A stretch of 63,190 bases of DNA, the filler included, from Olpidium bornovanus S191 (lineage: Eukaryota; Fungi; Olpidiomycota): assembly GCA_017911155.1 (NCBI GenBank). It is 31 parts of 31 records of this genome, joined end to end, with 100 filler letters (N's around TTAATTAATTAA, not from the genome) between each part and the next. Parts side by side here need not be neighbours in the genome. Positions count along the whole stretch, not along the records: positions 10,475 to 13,793 come from JAEFCI010001539.1; positions 13,894 to 15,698 come from JAEFCI010005420.1; positions 15,799 to 16,929 come from JAEFCI010013202.1; positions 17,030 to 18,924 come from JAEFCI010005119.1; positions 19,025 to 21,365 come from JAEFCI010003371.1; positions 21,466 to 23,200 come from JAEFCI010001143.1; 25 more parts are not named here. One strand, given 5' to 3'. A model generated the notes under the pieces. That model saw nothing but the letters and a program-made list of their open reading frames with translations. It ran no database searches and had not been told where the DNA came from. This document shows positions 11,953 through 23,300 of this stretch, piece by piece; the stretch's first letter is position 1; each line of letters opens with the position of its first letter. Made by a program: the position numbers and the translations under genes.

Positions 11953-12654
11953 ACGTACAAAAGGGAACAACCTCGAGGGATATGACAGGAGGTTGGAAGG
12001 GTAAAGTTGAAATTCTCGGGGGGAGTCTCGCAGAACATAGAAGTATGCCAGAGTTGATGGAGTACAGTAGCGAAGGGGAGAAAGAACGTATGGAGCGAAA
12101 GGAAGGAAAAAAAAAAAAAAAAAAAAAAAAAACAACAAAAAAAAAGAAAAAATGGGGATTTCCGTCGGTCACTCCCGTGTCCTAAATAAAAGACGGCAAG
12201 GAGAAAAATAGATTAGAGGGATTATCGGGAGTTAAATGGTATCAAAAAAAAAAAACCCGGACGAGAAAAACAAAAAAAAAAAACCAAAAAATAAAAGGAT
12301 GGTTCGGCCGGAGTCCGGGATGACGTGACCGCGCGGTAAAATTTTTCGGGCGTCGGAGCGGCCGCGGTATCGCGAAACGCGGGCCGTGACGGGACGAAGA
12401 CTGACGCGCGGCCTTTGGTTTCTTTTTTTCTGAGCCGGGAACCCGCAGGGAATTCCCAGTCTGAAAGAAGGTTTACGGGTGCGCGCGCCCGGGGCCCACG
12501 AGGCAAGCCTGGTGTCGGTGCTCAGGCAAAATTCCCGGCGGCTTGGGGGGGGAGGGGGTGGGGGGGTTCCGTTCTCCCCTCCAATAAACTCTGGATTTCG
12601 CCACCTTCCCGCGGCGGGGGCCGAGAAAGAGGCTCGAGGGGCTGGAGAAAACGC

Positions 12655-13793
12655 TCACAGCCTCGCCTGCTCCATCTCCCCCTCCGTCATCGCGAGCCAA
12701 GGGGGCCCGAAGACGTCCTCGATGGGTGCCCTCCGGTCCGCGCTCTTCTCGAGGGTCCAGTTGAGGAGGTGCAGGCACTCCCGCGAACTCTGGTGTTTCG
12801 GTTTCACGTACGGCGCGTACATCGCCTGTTGCGGGTCGTTGAACGGCACTTCGCCGTACAGCAGCGTGTAGAGGAGAATCCCCAGCGACCAGATCTCCGC
12901 GGCCTCCGCCTGGTACTTTTCGCCGCGCAGTATTTCGGGGGAGGCGTAATTTATCGTGCCGTAGAACCGGTCGAAAAGCCGGCCGGTCGGGTTCACGACA
13001 ACCGCCGAGCCGAAATCGATAAGCTTCACCTGGCGTTTTCGGGACAGGAAAATATGCGGACCGGGAACCCCCAAACCGCTGCTCCGTCAGTAAATGTTCG
13101 CGCCTCCGGCACGATTAGGTGCATCCCCGCGCGTTTACTCACGTTCAAATCCTTATCGATCACGATGTTCTCGTCTTTAATATCCCTATGGCATATTCCT
13201 TTGCTATTCAGGTAATGCACGCACTCGACGACCTGCCGGAAAATGAGCTTCGCCTTGTTTTCCGAGAACTTCGAGTGGTGTTCGATGCATTCGAACAGAT
13301 CGCAGGAGGCCCGGCGGACCATAGCCGGCCGTGGGGGCGGCGGCGGAATAGGCGCGTCCCTCGACGTTTGGAACGGGAGATCCGGCTGCGGTTCGTACGC
13401 ATCTTGCGGACTGGGGGTCGGGTGGGGGGTGGGGTCCGCGCCGCGGTTCGCCGCGCCGACCAAGCCGCCTTTCTTCGACGCCGGCGAAGTCGTGGGCGGC
13501 GCTGATGAGGTCTTCCTGGTGGCGTCAACCCTGCTTCCCTGCAACACGGGATTCGACGACGTCCAGGGTGTCCCGTGGAGCTCCATCACAAGGTAGAAGA
13601 ACTTGTGGTCGTCGAACATGTCAATAAATTTGATAACACCGGGATGCGGTAGGTTCTTGATCACGTAGATCTCCATGGGTATGTAGTCGAGCTCCGGGTC
13701 GCGGATCCAACCGTGAACCGGCACCTTGTCTTTATGGATAAATTTGATGGCAACTTCCCGACCGTCTGAGATCTGCCGCGCAGCGACGACGAA
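12655..13793 (-). CDS. Ser/Thr protein kinase, PAS-kinase/PIM-like (CAMK group); 5'-truncated
   Basis: VAIKFI, IPMEIYV, MELHG, CDLFECIE, HRDIKDENIVID, intron 13030-13142, VKLIDFGSA, FYGTINYASPE, IWSLGILLYTLLYGEVPF. Stop TGA at 12655-12657. Confidence 0.92.
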
Positions 13794-13974
13794 NNNNNNN
13801 NNNNNNNNNNNNNNNNNNNNNNNNNNNNNNNNNNNNNTTAATTAATTAANNNNNNNNNNNNNNNNNNNNNNNNNNNNNNNNNNNNNNNNNNNNGACGCTC
13901 CAGGAAGGCCTTGATGTTTTTGCGAATCTGTATGCGTCCTCCTACGCATTGAATCCTAAACAGATTTTTGCTTC

Positions 13975-14707
13975 CAAGGTTGCCCAGCTTCGACAGGAGC
14001 CTGCCAAAAGCATGGCCGCATATCTCGCGAAAGCGAACACCCTGTGCATCGAATACACCGCGGAGAGCCATCTCTGACCCGATCATCACCGCCGCCATCA
14101 AAAGGTGATTGATTCATGGGCCCGTGATTACCTGATGCCTGCGTTCCTTCGCAGACTTCAGGATCAGTTCGCCCATATGCAGGATGATCGCTCAAAACGT
14201 TGGGGTAAGTTCTGCAAGCGCATGCTTCGCTGATCTGTCGACGTCCAACGGCAGTTTGCCCCTGTTTTGCTGTCGTCTTCGTCGGTTGCGCCGTCTTTCG
14301 CTTCCGTTGCCGCCCAGCCCGCTCGCCCGCAGGCTTCTCGTCGCTCGCACGCGCCCGTGGCCGCCGCCTCTGTGGCCCTGTCATTAAGCCAATGCTGGAA
14401 ACGCCTCGCACCGTCGGCCCGTATGAGCACCAACGTCCCTCACTGTGCTGTCTGCGACTTGTGCATCGATGAGAAGTGCCGACTGTGGCACCCCTCCCAG
14501 CACTCCGGCCGCCTCGCCGGAGGCAACGAACCCCCTCCTCCCGGTGTCACTCGTCCTGCACCTGCCTCGGCCGCCGCTCCCAATTGGCCGAAGTGCACAC
14601 ATTGCCAGCAGTTTGGGCATATCGAGGCCTGCTGCTACCACCTTCACCCTGAGCTTTGTCCTCAGCTTCCGGCCGCACCAGCTGCACCGGCCGCACCCTC
14701 CGCCTGA
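13975..14707 (+). mobile_element. Degenerate copia-like gag with CCHC zinc knuckle
   Basis: LRQEPAKSMAAYLAKANTL and (frameshifted) AISDPIITAAI resemble UBN2-type gag. KCTHCQQFGHIEACC is CX2CX3GHX4C. Stops and frameshifts present. Confidence 0.65.
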
Positions 14708-14869
14708 CCCCCGCCCCGCCCACAGGCCGTTTGACGTTGCGGTTGGCGTTGGCCAACTCGTTCCTCTCTAGATAGCATTTTTTTACAATAGAAAACTGTT
14801 GGAGGAACTTGATTCTCTTTTTTCCTCTGCTGGCACTGAGCCGATCGTTTTCAATCCGACTCGCGTGCC

Positions 14870-15368
14870 AATTGCGATTGCTTTTTTGAACGAGACCTCC
14901 ATCGACGATAAACTAACGGCATCGCCCAGTCTTTCTTTTGCTTCGGAGTCGTCTTCTTCTGCCGTGCCTCTTCTCCATTATCGCCGCCTTACCACGTCTG
15001 CCCCATCGATCATGGCAGGTCGTCACCCATACGAGTTCCTCGTCGTTCAACCATCGACTCGAGTGACAACGTTACCCGTCAATTCCCCTGAGCTCGATAC
15101 CGAACTCGCTCTTGGCCTCCCTGAAGGCTTCGATGATTCACTTTCGTTACTGCTGAAGCTAGGTCGCTCGCGTGTTGTCCTTCATGCGGCGTCAATCGAT
15201 TGCGCTTTTCGCGAACGTTTACGGTTATCGATTACGGTTTGCCGCCGTCCTTGGTGTATTCAAGCTGCTAACCCGCTTCTTGTCATTCGCCTTGTCCCCA
15301 TCGCGAATTATGTTTCCTACGCTGAACGTACCCGCGTCAACTGTGACGATGAGGTCGCCATGTTGTGA
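14870..15368 (+). pseudogene. Possible heavily decayed copia RT segment
   Basis: AFLN...LPEGFDDSLSLLLKLGRSRVVLHAA resembles copia RT AFLNG...LPEGF...KL.RSLYGLKQA. VNCDD may be the decayed YVDD. Similarity is weak. Confidence 0.35.
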
Positions 15369-15946
15369 CACCGGTTGAAAACATTTTCGAGCGACCGCTG
15401 TCGAGCTCAAAAGCCGTGGTTCGGCGTCTTCGAGACGACTGGGAAAAGAAGGCAGGTGAGTGGAGCCGAACCCGCCGGGGGCTTTCTCAAGCTAGGGGCC
15501 GGCCTCGTCGAGGCACGCTTTGGCTTCGAAATAGCTCAAGTACCGAACTCCGGGCTTCGCGCTTCGAACTGGGGGGGGGTGTAACGTGCGAAATACTTAA
15601 TCTGCGCGTAGCGCTACCTGGAGATTAATTGTATTCGCCGTCTAGCTCTGGATCTGGGTCTGGTGTACGTTGAGTACAGGATTCTGGAGGTCCGTGTANN
15701 NNNNNNNNNNNNNNNNNNNNNNNNNNNNNNNNNNNNNNNNNNTTAATTAATTAANNNNNNNNNNNNNNNNNNNNNNNNNNNNNNNNNNNNNNNNNNNNCC
15801 CTTCCCACCCCACCCATCCCCACCCATCCCCACCCATCCCCCTCCCCCGGCTTTCTTCTCCGCCTCCTCGTCGTCCCCGCCTGCCCCGCCTCTGCGGCGG
15901 TCCCCTGAGAGACCTTCCCCCCCCCCCCCCCCCCCCCCACAACCCC

Positions 15947-15977
<31 letters not shown>

Positions 15978-16034
15978 AAAAAAAAAACAGGGGAATCATG
16001 TTTGAAAAATTCCCGGGCAAAGCGTCGGGCTTAC

Positions 16035-16929
16035 TCAATGCGGCAGTATAGCGAGCGTACAAGTCGAACGCGGTTGTAACGAACTGCATGACAGCCAGGG
16101 AAGCGAACAAGATGAGACCGACGTTGAACACCAACGAACTCATCATTGTCGCGCCGACCCTGCGAAGCGACGGGGAAGTCTTGTCAGCTCGGCAAACCGA
16201 CTACAAAAAAAAAAAAAAAAGGAAAGAAAGGAAACAGTCTCTCTCAAGGTTCCTCCGTTTTCTTTTATTTTTTGCACCTCATCGGATGTATGGTGACAAA
16301 AAATATCCGCATTCCGAGCTTCGTGTTTCCCTTGATGACGCAGACCAGCAGCCAGAACGTGAAAATGCCGTAGAAGAGAGTGCCGACGAACGGGACCGAG
16401 TCCACGCGAGTGAAGAACCAGTTCAGAAAAGTCGTCAGCGGGACGGTTTTCATCATGATCGGGATGACATAAATGCCGATGTGCAAGATCCAGAAGAGCG
16501 TGAGGAACGACCTGCCGTGCGCAGCGCAAAAGTGCCCGCGTGTGTGAGGTTACGGAGGTGCCAAACGGCAGGGAAGCTTCTATTTTTTTCCCCATGAATT
16601 CTTACCCGACGAACGCGACGATCCACTTTGCGTAGGCAATAAGAATGTTTCCTCCTTTGTTATGATACGCGTCTTCCAGCCTTCTGTACTGCTCGTCAAG
16701 GAGAAGAACGTCCTGTTGACCAGATCAGGTTTGATTAGGCGAGTAGTTACTTGATTTTCTTTTTACCATTTTAATTTGTTTTGTTTTACTCTTTTTTTTT
16801 CGAGGTCACATGGTAGCCGCCCGAACCTTTTTGTACTCGTTTTCCTTTCTCGTCAGCTCTCTTCCTTTGGAGTTGAACCGGCCCCTCTGGCCGGTCCGCG
16901 CCAGGTCTTTGATTTCCTGCTGTAGAGCC
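16035..16929 (-). CDS. LIMR/LMBR1-family membrane protein, internal exons
   Basis: KGRELTRKENEYKK ... FWILHIGIYVIP...FLNWFF...GTLFYGIFTFWLLVCVIKGNTKLGMRIFFVTIHPMR|VGATMMSSLVFNVGLILFASLAVMQFVTTAFDLYA matches the LIMR family (IHPM.VG.T.M.S..FNVGLIL). Confidence 0.85.
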
Positions 16930-17123
16930 NNNNNNNNNNNNNNNNNNNNNNNNNNNNNNNNNNNNNNNNNNNNTTAATTAATTAANNNNNNNNNNNNNNN
17001 NNNNNNNNNNNNNNNNNNNNNNNNNNNNNAGAGACATGCGCGCCGGGTCCGCCGTGGGCCCCCGCGGTTTTTTTTTGGATTTCCTTCCTGGGGGGAGAGA
17101 GGGAGGGGGTGCCTCCCCCCGGG

Positions 17124-17165
<42 letters not shown>

Positions 17166-17211
17166 TTTTTTTTTGTTTTTTATATACCGCGGGATGATAC
17201 GAGCCCCGGTA

Positions 17212-17949
17212 CTAGGCGTTGGCGGCCTGCGCGCGTTCCTCCTCCCGCTCCGCCTCCCGCTCCGCAGCCTTGTCGCGGTCTTCCTGGTTCCGGCTCTTGA
17301 AGAACGTGTAGCTGAGGATGATCTGCCTGACGTCACTCATCTTGGGGTCGGCGGCGAAGGCGGGGTCGATGAAGAAGAAGACGGGCATGTCGACCTGCTC
17401 GCCGGCGCGGAGGATCTGCTCCTCAAAGCAAAAGCACTGGATCTTGTTGAAGTAGATCGCGGCCTTCCCCGGGGTGATGTTGTAGGTGGAGACGCCGATG
17501 ATGTCGCGGGTGCTGCGGTTGGTGGCGGTGAAGAAGGCGAGGGCGGTCTCGCCGGGGAGGACGTTGACCTCGCTCTGGTTGGCGGCGAAGTCCCAGGGGA
17601 GGGAGAGGGAGCGGTCGGCGTTGAAGATGACCTTGACGCGGTCCGCGCCGACGACGGGGACGAAGTCGTCCTCGGTGAAGCGCGTGCCGCCGGCGGCCTC
17701 GCCGGCGCCCTGCAGGGCGCTCCCCAGGCCGTTGCGCGCGCAGAAGACGCGGTACAGCGGCACGGCGGCGAAGCTCAGGCCGACGAAGGTTACGACCACC
17801 GAGAGGCTGTAGAGCAGAATGGTGTTCCGCTTCCTCCGCCTCACGGACGCGATGTCCGCGTCGGTCACGACGATCCGCCGCCCGTTCACCACGACGACGC
17901 GGGAGGGCGGCGGCGGCGCTCCGGCGGCGCCGGCGGCCTGCTGCCGCAA
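17212..17949 (-). CDS. COX11: Cytochrome c oxidase copper chaperone Cox11; true start unresolved
   Basis: LSFAAVPLYRVFC, FNAD, LPWDF, PGETALAFF, YFNKIQCFCFEEQ, VDMPVFFFIDP, LSYTFF. Stop TAG. The frame stays open upstream to a TAG at about 18076 with no ATG. Confidence 0.96.
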   Translation of the reverse strand: MRQQAAGAAGAPPPPSRVVVVNGRRIVVTDADIASVRRRKRNTILLYSLSVVVTFVGLSFAAVPLYRVFCARNGLGSALQGAGEAAGGTRFTEDDFVPVVGADRVKVIFNADRSLSLPWDFAANQSEVNVLPGETALAFFTATNRSTRDIIGVSTYNITPGKAAIYFNKIQCFCFEEQILRAGEQVDMPVFFFIDPAFAADPKMSDVRQIILSYTFFKSRNQEDRDKAAEREAEREEERAQAANA

Positions 17950-18086
17950 ACACCGCCGTCCGCGGCGCAGGCGGCCCGCGGCCCCGGGGCGCGCGGCCGC
18001 CGTCGGGAGGCCCGGCCGCAGGAGGAGGAGGAGACGGTGACGACGCGGTGGCGCCGAGGAGCAGCCCTTTGTCCGCTAACCGGAGG

Positions 18087-18188
<102 letters not shown>

Positions 18189-18269
18189 AAAGGGGAAGTG
18201 CGCGGGCCGACCGCACTTCTCGGCCGTCGGATCCAGTCTACTTGCACTTTGCGCGACTTCGTTGCTTCT

Positions 18270-18924
18270 TGGGCGGCGGCCTCGCCTGCATCCTTGACGA
18301 TTGATCAGATCCACAGGATCTCCTGTGCCGCCACCGACCCTGAGGCGAGTTCTGACTTTGCAGGGAACGAAAATGTTTGCCTCATTGAGCGCATGGAGAT
18401 TTGGAGCACCGTCGTATAGGATGACCGACCGTGTCTGATGTTGATGCCCTGGTCAAGTGCCATCCTGCTCAGTCTGCGTCGCAGAAGGCAGTGAGGTCAT
18501 TGCTCCCTCGGAAATGAAATCGGACCCCATGCCCCGTGGCGCCTCGTATGTGCCGTAGCGCCCCTTTTCACCGCGCCCTAGTGCCGGTCCGTAGGCGCCG
18601 ACGTGAATCGCCGCCAAGAAGCCCGCGGCGAAAGCGAGATCTGGTCGCGTCATGGTTGCCATCCACACGATCAACCCCACGGCCTCCGCGTAGCGTCTCT
18701 TGTCATTTCGTCCTGTGGGCCGCGGCCGAGGTTCCCCTGAGCAGCGGCCAATGCCTCCCAAGGATTTCGGTTCGATCGGAGTGCCGACTTGGTTCGCATC
18801 CATCATGCCGAACCTCTTCAGCAGTTGCTCCGCATAGTGGTGTTGGTCCATTGTGAGTTTTCTGGCCTTATTCCACACTCTGATTTTCAGAATGATGGAC
18901 CGACCCCCTTCCTCCGACAATTCC
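18270..18924 (-). mobile_element. Ty1/copia RT/RNase H relic
   Basis: DQHHYAEQLLKRFGM, RYAEAVGLIVWMATMTRPDLAF, then frameshifted AFCDAD*AGWHLTRASTS and SELASGSVAAQEILWI*SI. Confidence 0.9.
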
Positions 18925-20789
18925 NNNNNNNNNNNNNNNNNNNNNNNNNNNNNNNNNNNNNNNNNNNNTTAATTAATTAANNNNNNNNNNNNNNNNNNNN
19001 NNNNNNNNNNNNNNNNNNNNNNNNCATGAAATCAAAATGACACAAACCCTGCACGCGAAAACGCTGCCGTAGATTCTACTGCGCCGGTACGGAGAGGTCC
19101 TGCGGACCGCACAGGGACACCTGTCTCCGGAACCCACGCGCGACGCGAGGCGTCGATGGGATATGCCGAATCCGCCTGTCTCGAGAATCAGCGACGAGGA
19201 GTTCACGCTGCGCCCCGGGGCTTAGGGTGGCCTTCATTTCCTTCAAGTGAAGGATCGAAGTCTCCTGCGCGGTGCGCACTGGGGGGTGGGGGGGGGACCT
19301 CCACGTCACCGGGGAGACCTGCAGGGTACTGGCAGGGGGTCTTCCCAAACCCCCTCGACCATATAACTGTCGCGTCCCTGTGGTGCACGTGACCTCATCG
19401 CTCCAGCTAAGAATGCCCGGGACCTCCGTGCCGTCGGAGTTCGTGAGAGCCCTCTTCCCCCCTCCTTTCTTTCTCCCGCCTCCCCCCTTCCCTTTCTTTC
19501 CCGGGGAGGTCCTCTGGTTGTACATACCAAACGATGTTTTTGGAATTTTGAAATTTGGCGCACCCGGGTGATGTTAACGAGCCTTTCCCGGTGAATCGCA
19601 AGGTCCCGCGGGGAGTTTCCCTTGAACTTGCGCGAGTACCTTGGCGGGGGAACTCGGGGAAGCATCGTTTTTTGTTAACTGATACGTTTGGGGACGCGCG
19701 CACACGCAGACCCATGTTGACAACAATAACAATGACAACAATAAAAACCGCACACCGTGCATCTAGAAAAGCCCTGGTGTAACCGCCGTCTTTTCCTCAT
19801 CGGTGCTCTTCCCTCTCGAAGGGGATAGCACCCATCTCCCCCCCCCCCCCCCCAACTTCCCTGTTGCTGATCATAGGGAGACGGGGGCGCTTCGCAGGAA
19901 GCCCAAGACCCCCCGACCCCTGCAAGGCGTGCGTGTGTTGTTATGTTGTAAGAGATTGATGAGAAGAACCCGGGGTGTCAACACGGACACAACTCGTGCC
20001 ACGCACCTCGCAAAGTGGCGCGCTGGCATCGGGGGCTCCCGCTGCCGAAAACAGCGGATGCGGCTGCCGAGGAATCTGAAACACAGCTTTGGTTTGAGCG
20101 CGCCGTTAGAGTGTGCGCGTGTCTGCATGTATGCAAGAAGGGGGAAGATGTTCCTGGTTCGGTGGCGTATTTTTCGGCCGCTCGGTCGAATTGTCGTGCT
20201 CGCTGTCCATTCATTTGGTTATTTATTTTTTCGGGACAAGCATATATTATATAATTACATACATAATTAATATTGTTAATATTAATACTATAATAATTTT
20301 TTGCATTCACCCCGCACAACCCCTCGCATCACGCAGCTCTTTCTTTTGTGTTATTTGCCGGGTATTAACCATTTTCTCGCAGGTCACGCAGCTGCACCCG
20401 GCCTTTTGAACGAAAAACCGCAACTTAATCCTTATATTTACTGGCCGTTCCGGTTTTTCAGTTTTTGCGGGTACGGCTTGATCAACCGTAAAGTGGAAGA
20501 CAAACACAGAAAACGGAAGACGCGCACCGAAAAAAAAAACCAAACGGAAAAAATAACACGCAAAGCAAGCAAACCGCTTTACTCGACCGCGACGTCGGAA
20601 AGAAAAATAAAAATCTGCCGCACATCGGGGGGGAGCTTTTGCTCCCTCCGGTGCAAAGCCAGAGGGTTACCCCCCCCCCCCCTCCTCCTCCTCCCTAAAT
20701 AATCAACCTTGAACGGGTGGGCGGGGGGGGAGGGGTACCCACAATTTTCCTGTGCTGGTTTTGGTCATCTGGTCTGGACGTGACGACAA

Positions 20790-21250
20790 GATTCCGACGC
20801 GCAGAATCGCAGAATTTTTTTTCGGATGCAGGAAATGGCTTCAGGCTCCGGAAGTTTGGCGCGGACGCGGAATCTGAAGCAGCAGAAGAAAAAAACAAAC
20901 AACCGATGCAGGATCCTCCACGCAGAGTCTGACGCTTGATCGGACGCAAAGGTGAGACGCAGACCGGTACGCAATATCCCCCGGTGCAAAAGTGCGGCGC
21001 ACATTTCGATGCAGAATGCAGAATCCCGCGCCGGCTTCAGGACGTGGGATCGAACGCAATTTTGATTGATGGCAGGATCAGGAAGCGGATCTCTGCCGCG
21101 GCAACCTGACGCAGATTGAAATCCGACGCAGGTTCAGGAACAGAAATAATTTCACGCGTCGGGACCCGGCACAGGTTCCCGACGCAGTCGTTTTCTAACG
21201 CAGATTCCGGGGAAATCCGACGGCAGATTATTCCGATACAGAATCTGAAC
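20790..21250 (+). repeat. Degenerate array of about 20 GAYGCAG(A/G)(A/T)TC-like motifs
   Basis: Variants at about 20801, 20809, 20824, 20863, 20904, 20919, 20931, 20942, 20954, 20968, 21007, 21017, 21053, 21068, 21108, 21124, 21181, 21197, 21219, 21235. All on the + strand with irregular spacing. Confidence 0.7.
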
Positions 21251-21761
21251 CGCGCGATTTCTGAAAGTCACCCGCTCAATCAAGGCGCGGTGCCTCGGAC
21301 AGGCCAAAGAGATCGTTCGACATGACGGCGAATCGGTTTCTTTTTTTTTTTGTTCTAGAACTGGGNNNNNNNNNNNNNNNNNNNNNNNNNNNNNNNNNNN
21401 NNNNNNNNNTTAATTAATTAANNNNNNNNNNNNNNNNNNNNNNNNNNNNNNNNNNNNNNNNNNNNACCTCGTGTTGGGTGATGCGCACGGGACAACTTCC
21501 CGCAGGATTGACGAGAGGTTGTGCCGAGCGAACTGTAAGTGTATGGACCATAAGTAAAACGCGGCGCTGCTAGGGCCGACATGCGTACCTCATGTATTCC
21601 ATAAAAACGACCACCATGACTTCTTGCGGTTTACGACGTCCTTCACTGAACGTTTAAGTGTCTCAAACATGGTCCAGACTTCCGGATGGCAACCTGGTAG
21701 AACCGTGAGTGGTTAAGTGAACTTGAATTTGCGTTAAGCAACCGTTATCATAAAGGAATGT

Positions 21762-23200
21762 TTACACACCGAGAGTGTGCAGTAACGTCGTCCCCACATC
21801 GAAAAGCCCCATGAGCTCATTATCGGAGATGGCCGGAAAGCCATCTTCATCGGCGTGCACGATACCGTTGCGCTTCCTCTTCAGCGATACCATCCCCGAA
21901 TCTGCCTCGGTCGGCAGGCGGTACTCGCGGGGAAGTCGAGACATTAAATTTGCGCAACGGCTGATGTCCCAGCCCCCCTTTTCAAAATGTGGAGGAAATG
22001 CAACGGCTGGTTCCGCAGCGCATACGGCTTGCACAACACGTCTGCGGGTAACGCAGATCAGAACTGAACTACCAAGAGATTGACATCGAATTCCACTGAC
22101 GTACTTAGGGAATTCGTGGATGCGGCTGCGAATAAAACCGACGCACTCTGGCAGGATGAGGTTGTTGAACTCCTCGACTATAGCCTTCTGGCGCGGCGGA
22201 GTGAATGAGAAGACCCTGCGCCCGATCTCTCGGCGAGCGGACAACGACGTTGTACGAACGATCGTAAGAGCATCTTCGTGCCTCCATATGACCGCTGTCG
22301 AAATCAGTAGGTAACACGCCCGCAGATGAAGGTACTTCATACGACTTCCCAGGGGGTGTGGTACTTACTGTCTGACCGTGAGGGCACTACCAGCAGACGA
22401 CTGCGTTTGGTGGACGACGGCGAATGGGAGTGCGAACTCGCGCGTTTTCTGATGTCACCGTATCTGCCTGCTTGGCGTTCGAAGTGCCCGGGATCGACGC
22501 AGTGGATCCTGTCATCGGATTGAGCTGCGCCACCCGTCGCGTTCAAGCCGTCCGGTGGCGAAGCGACCGTGGCATTTGAACCCTCCGACTCCGGCGGGCC
22601 CGCCTGTTTCACCGTCGGGTTAGAGCGGTTCCGCGCCGGCGCGGTGGCGTTCGAACTGCCCTGGGCCGACGCGGCGGCCGCCGCTGCTTCCGGGCGGGAA
22701 TCCTGGGTAAGCACGACCGAATTGGCGCTTCCTTCGAGATTGACCGTGTTGACTGAGCAACCGTCGACGGCGACGGTCCCCGTGTTGACGGAGAGTACCA
22801 TGTTGACGCCCTGCCGCAAATTCTTGGCCTTCAACGAGATGAGACCGAAGTTGTAATTCTGAGTTTCGACTGCGTAGCCACCCACCTCGACTTATATAAG
22901 ACCGGATGAAAATACGATTCCCACCGTGTGCGTTCTGAGCACGCGACTGACACGGCCGGCCACCTTGTCAGAGCCGGCCAATTCGATGGCCTGCTGCTTG
23001 ATCTGGCTGTAGACGTACCCTTGCTCGTTGCCAGACACGTGATCCGCGAAGGCGGCGTTCGCGAGTGCGGAAGCCACACTCTTCGCATTGACTCCCTGTG
23101 CACAATGTTGCAGCCCTTGCGCGAGGAGTTGCCTCGCCTTCTCCTTCAACTGGTCCTTGTTCTTGATCTGCATGTTGATCACGGTGTACCTGTAGCGGGG
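21762..23200 (-). CDS. Hypothetical spliced protein with one in-frame TAA (22892-22894)
   Basis: ORFs 22892-23182 and 22337-22885 are in the same frame, separated only by TAA-GTC-GAG. GTAAGT/GTACGT donors lie downstream. The sequence is complex and protein-like. No family recognised. Confidence 0.45.
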
Positions 23201-23300
23201 NNNNNNNNNNNNNNNNNNNNNNNNNNNNNNNNNNNNNNNNNNNNTTAATTAATTAANNNNNNNNNNNNNNNNNNNNNNNNNNNNNNNNNNNNNNNNNNNN

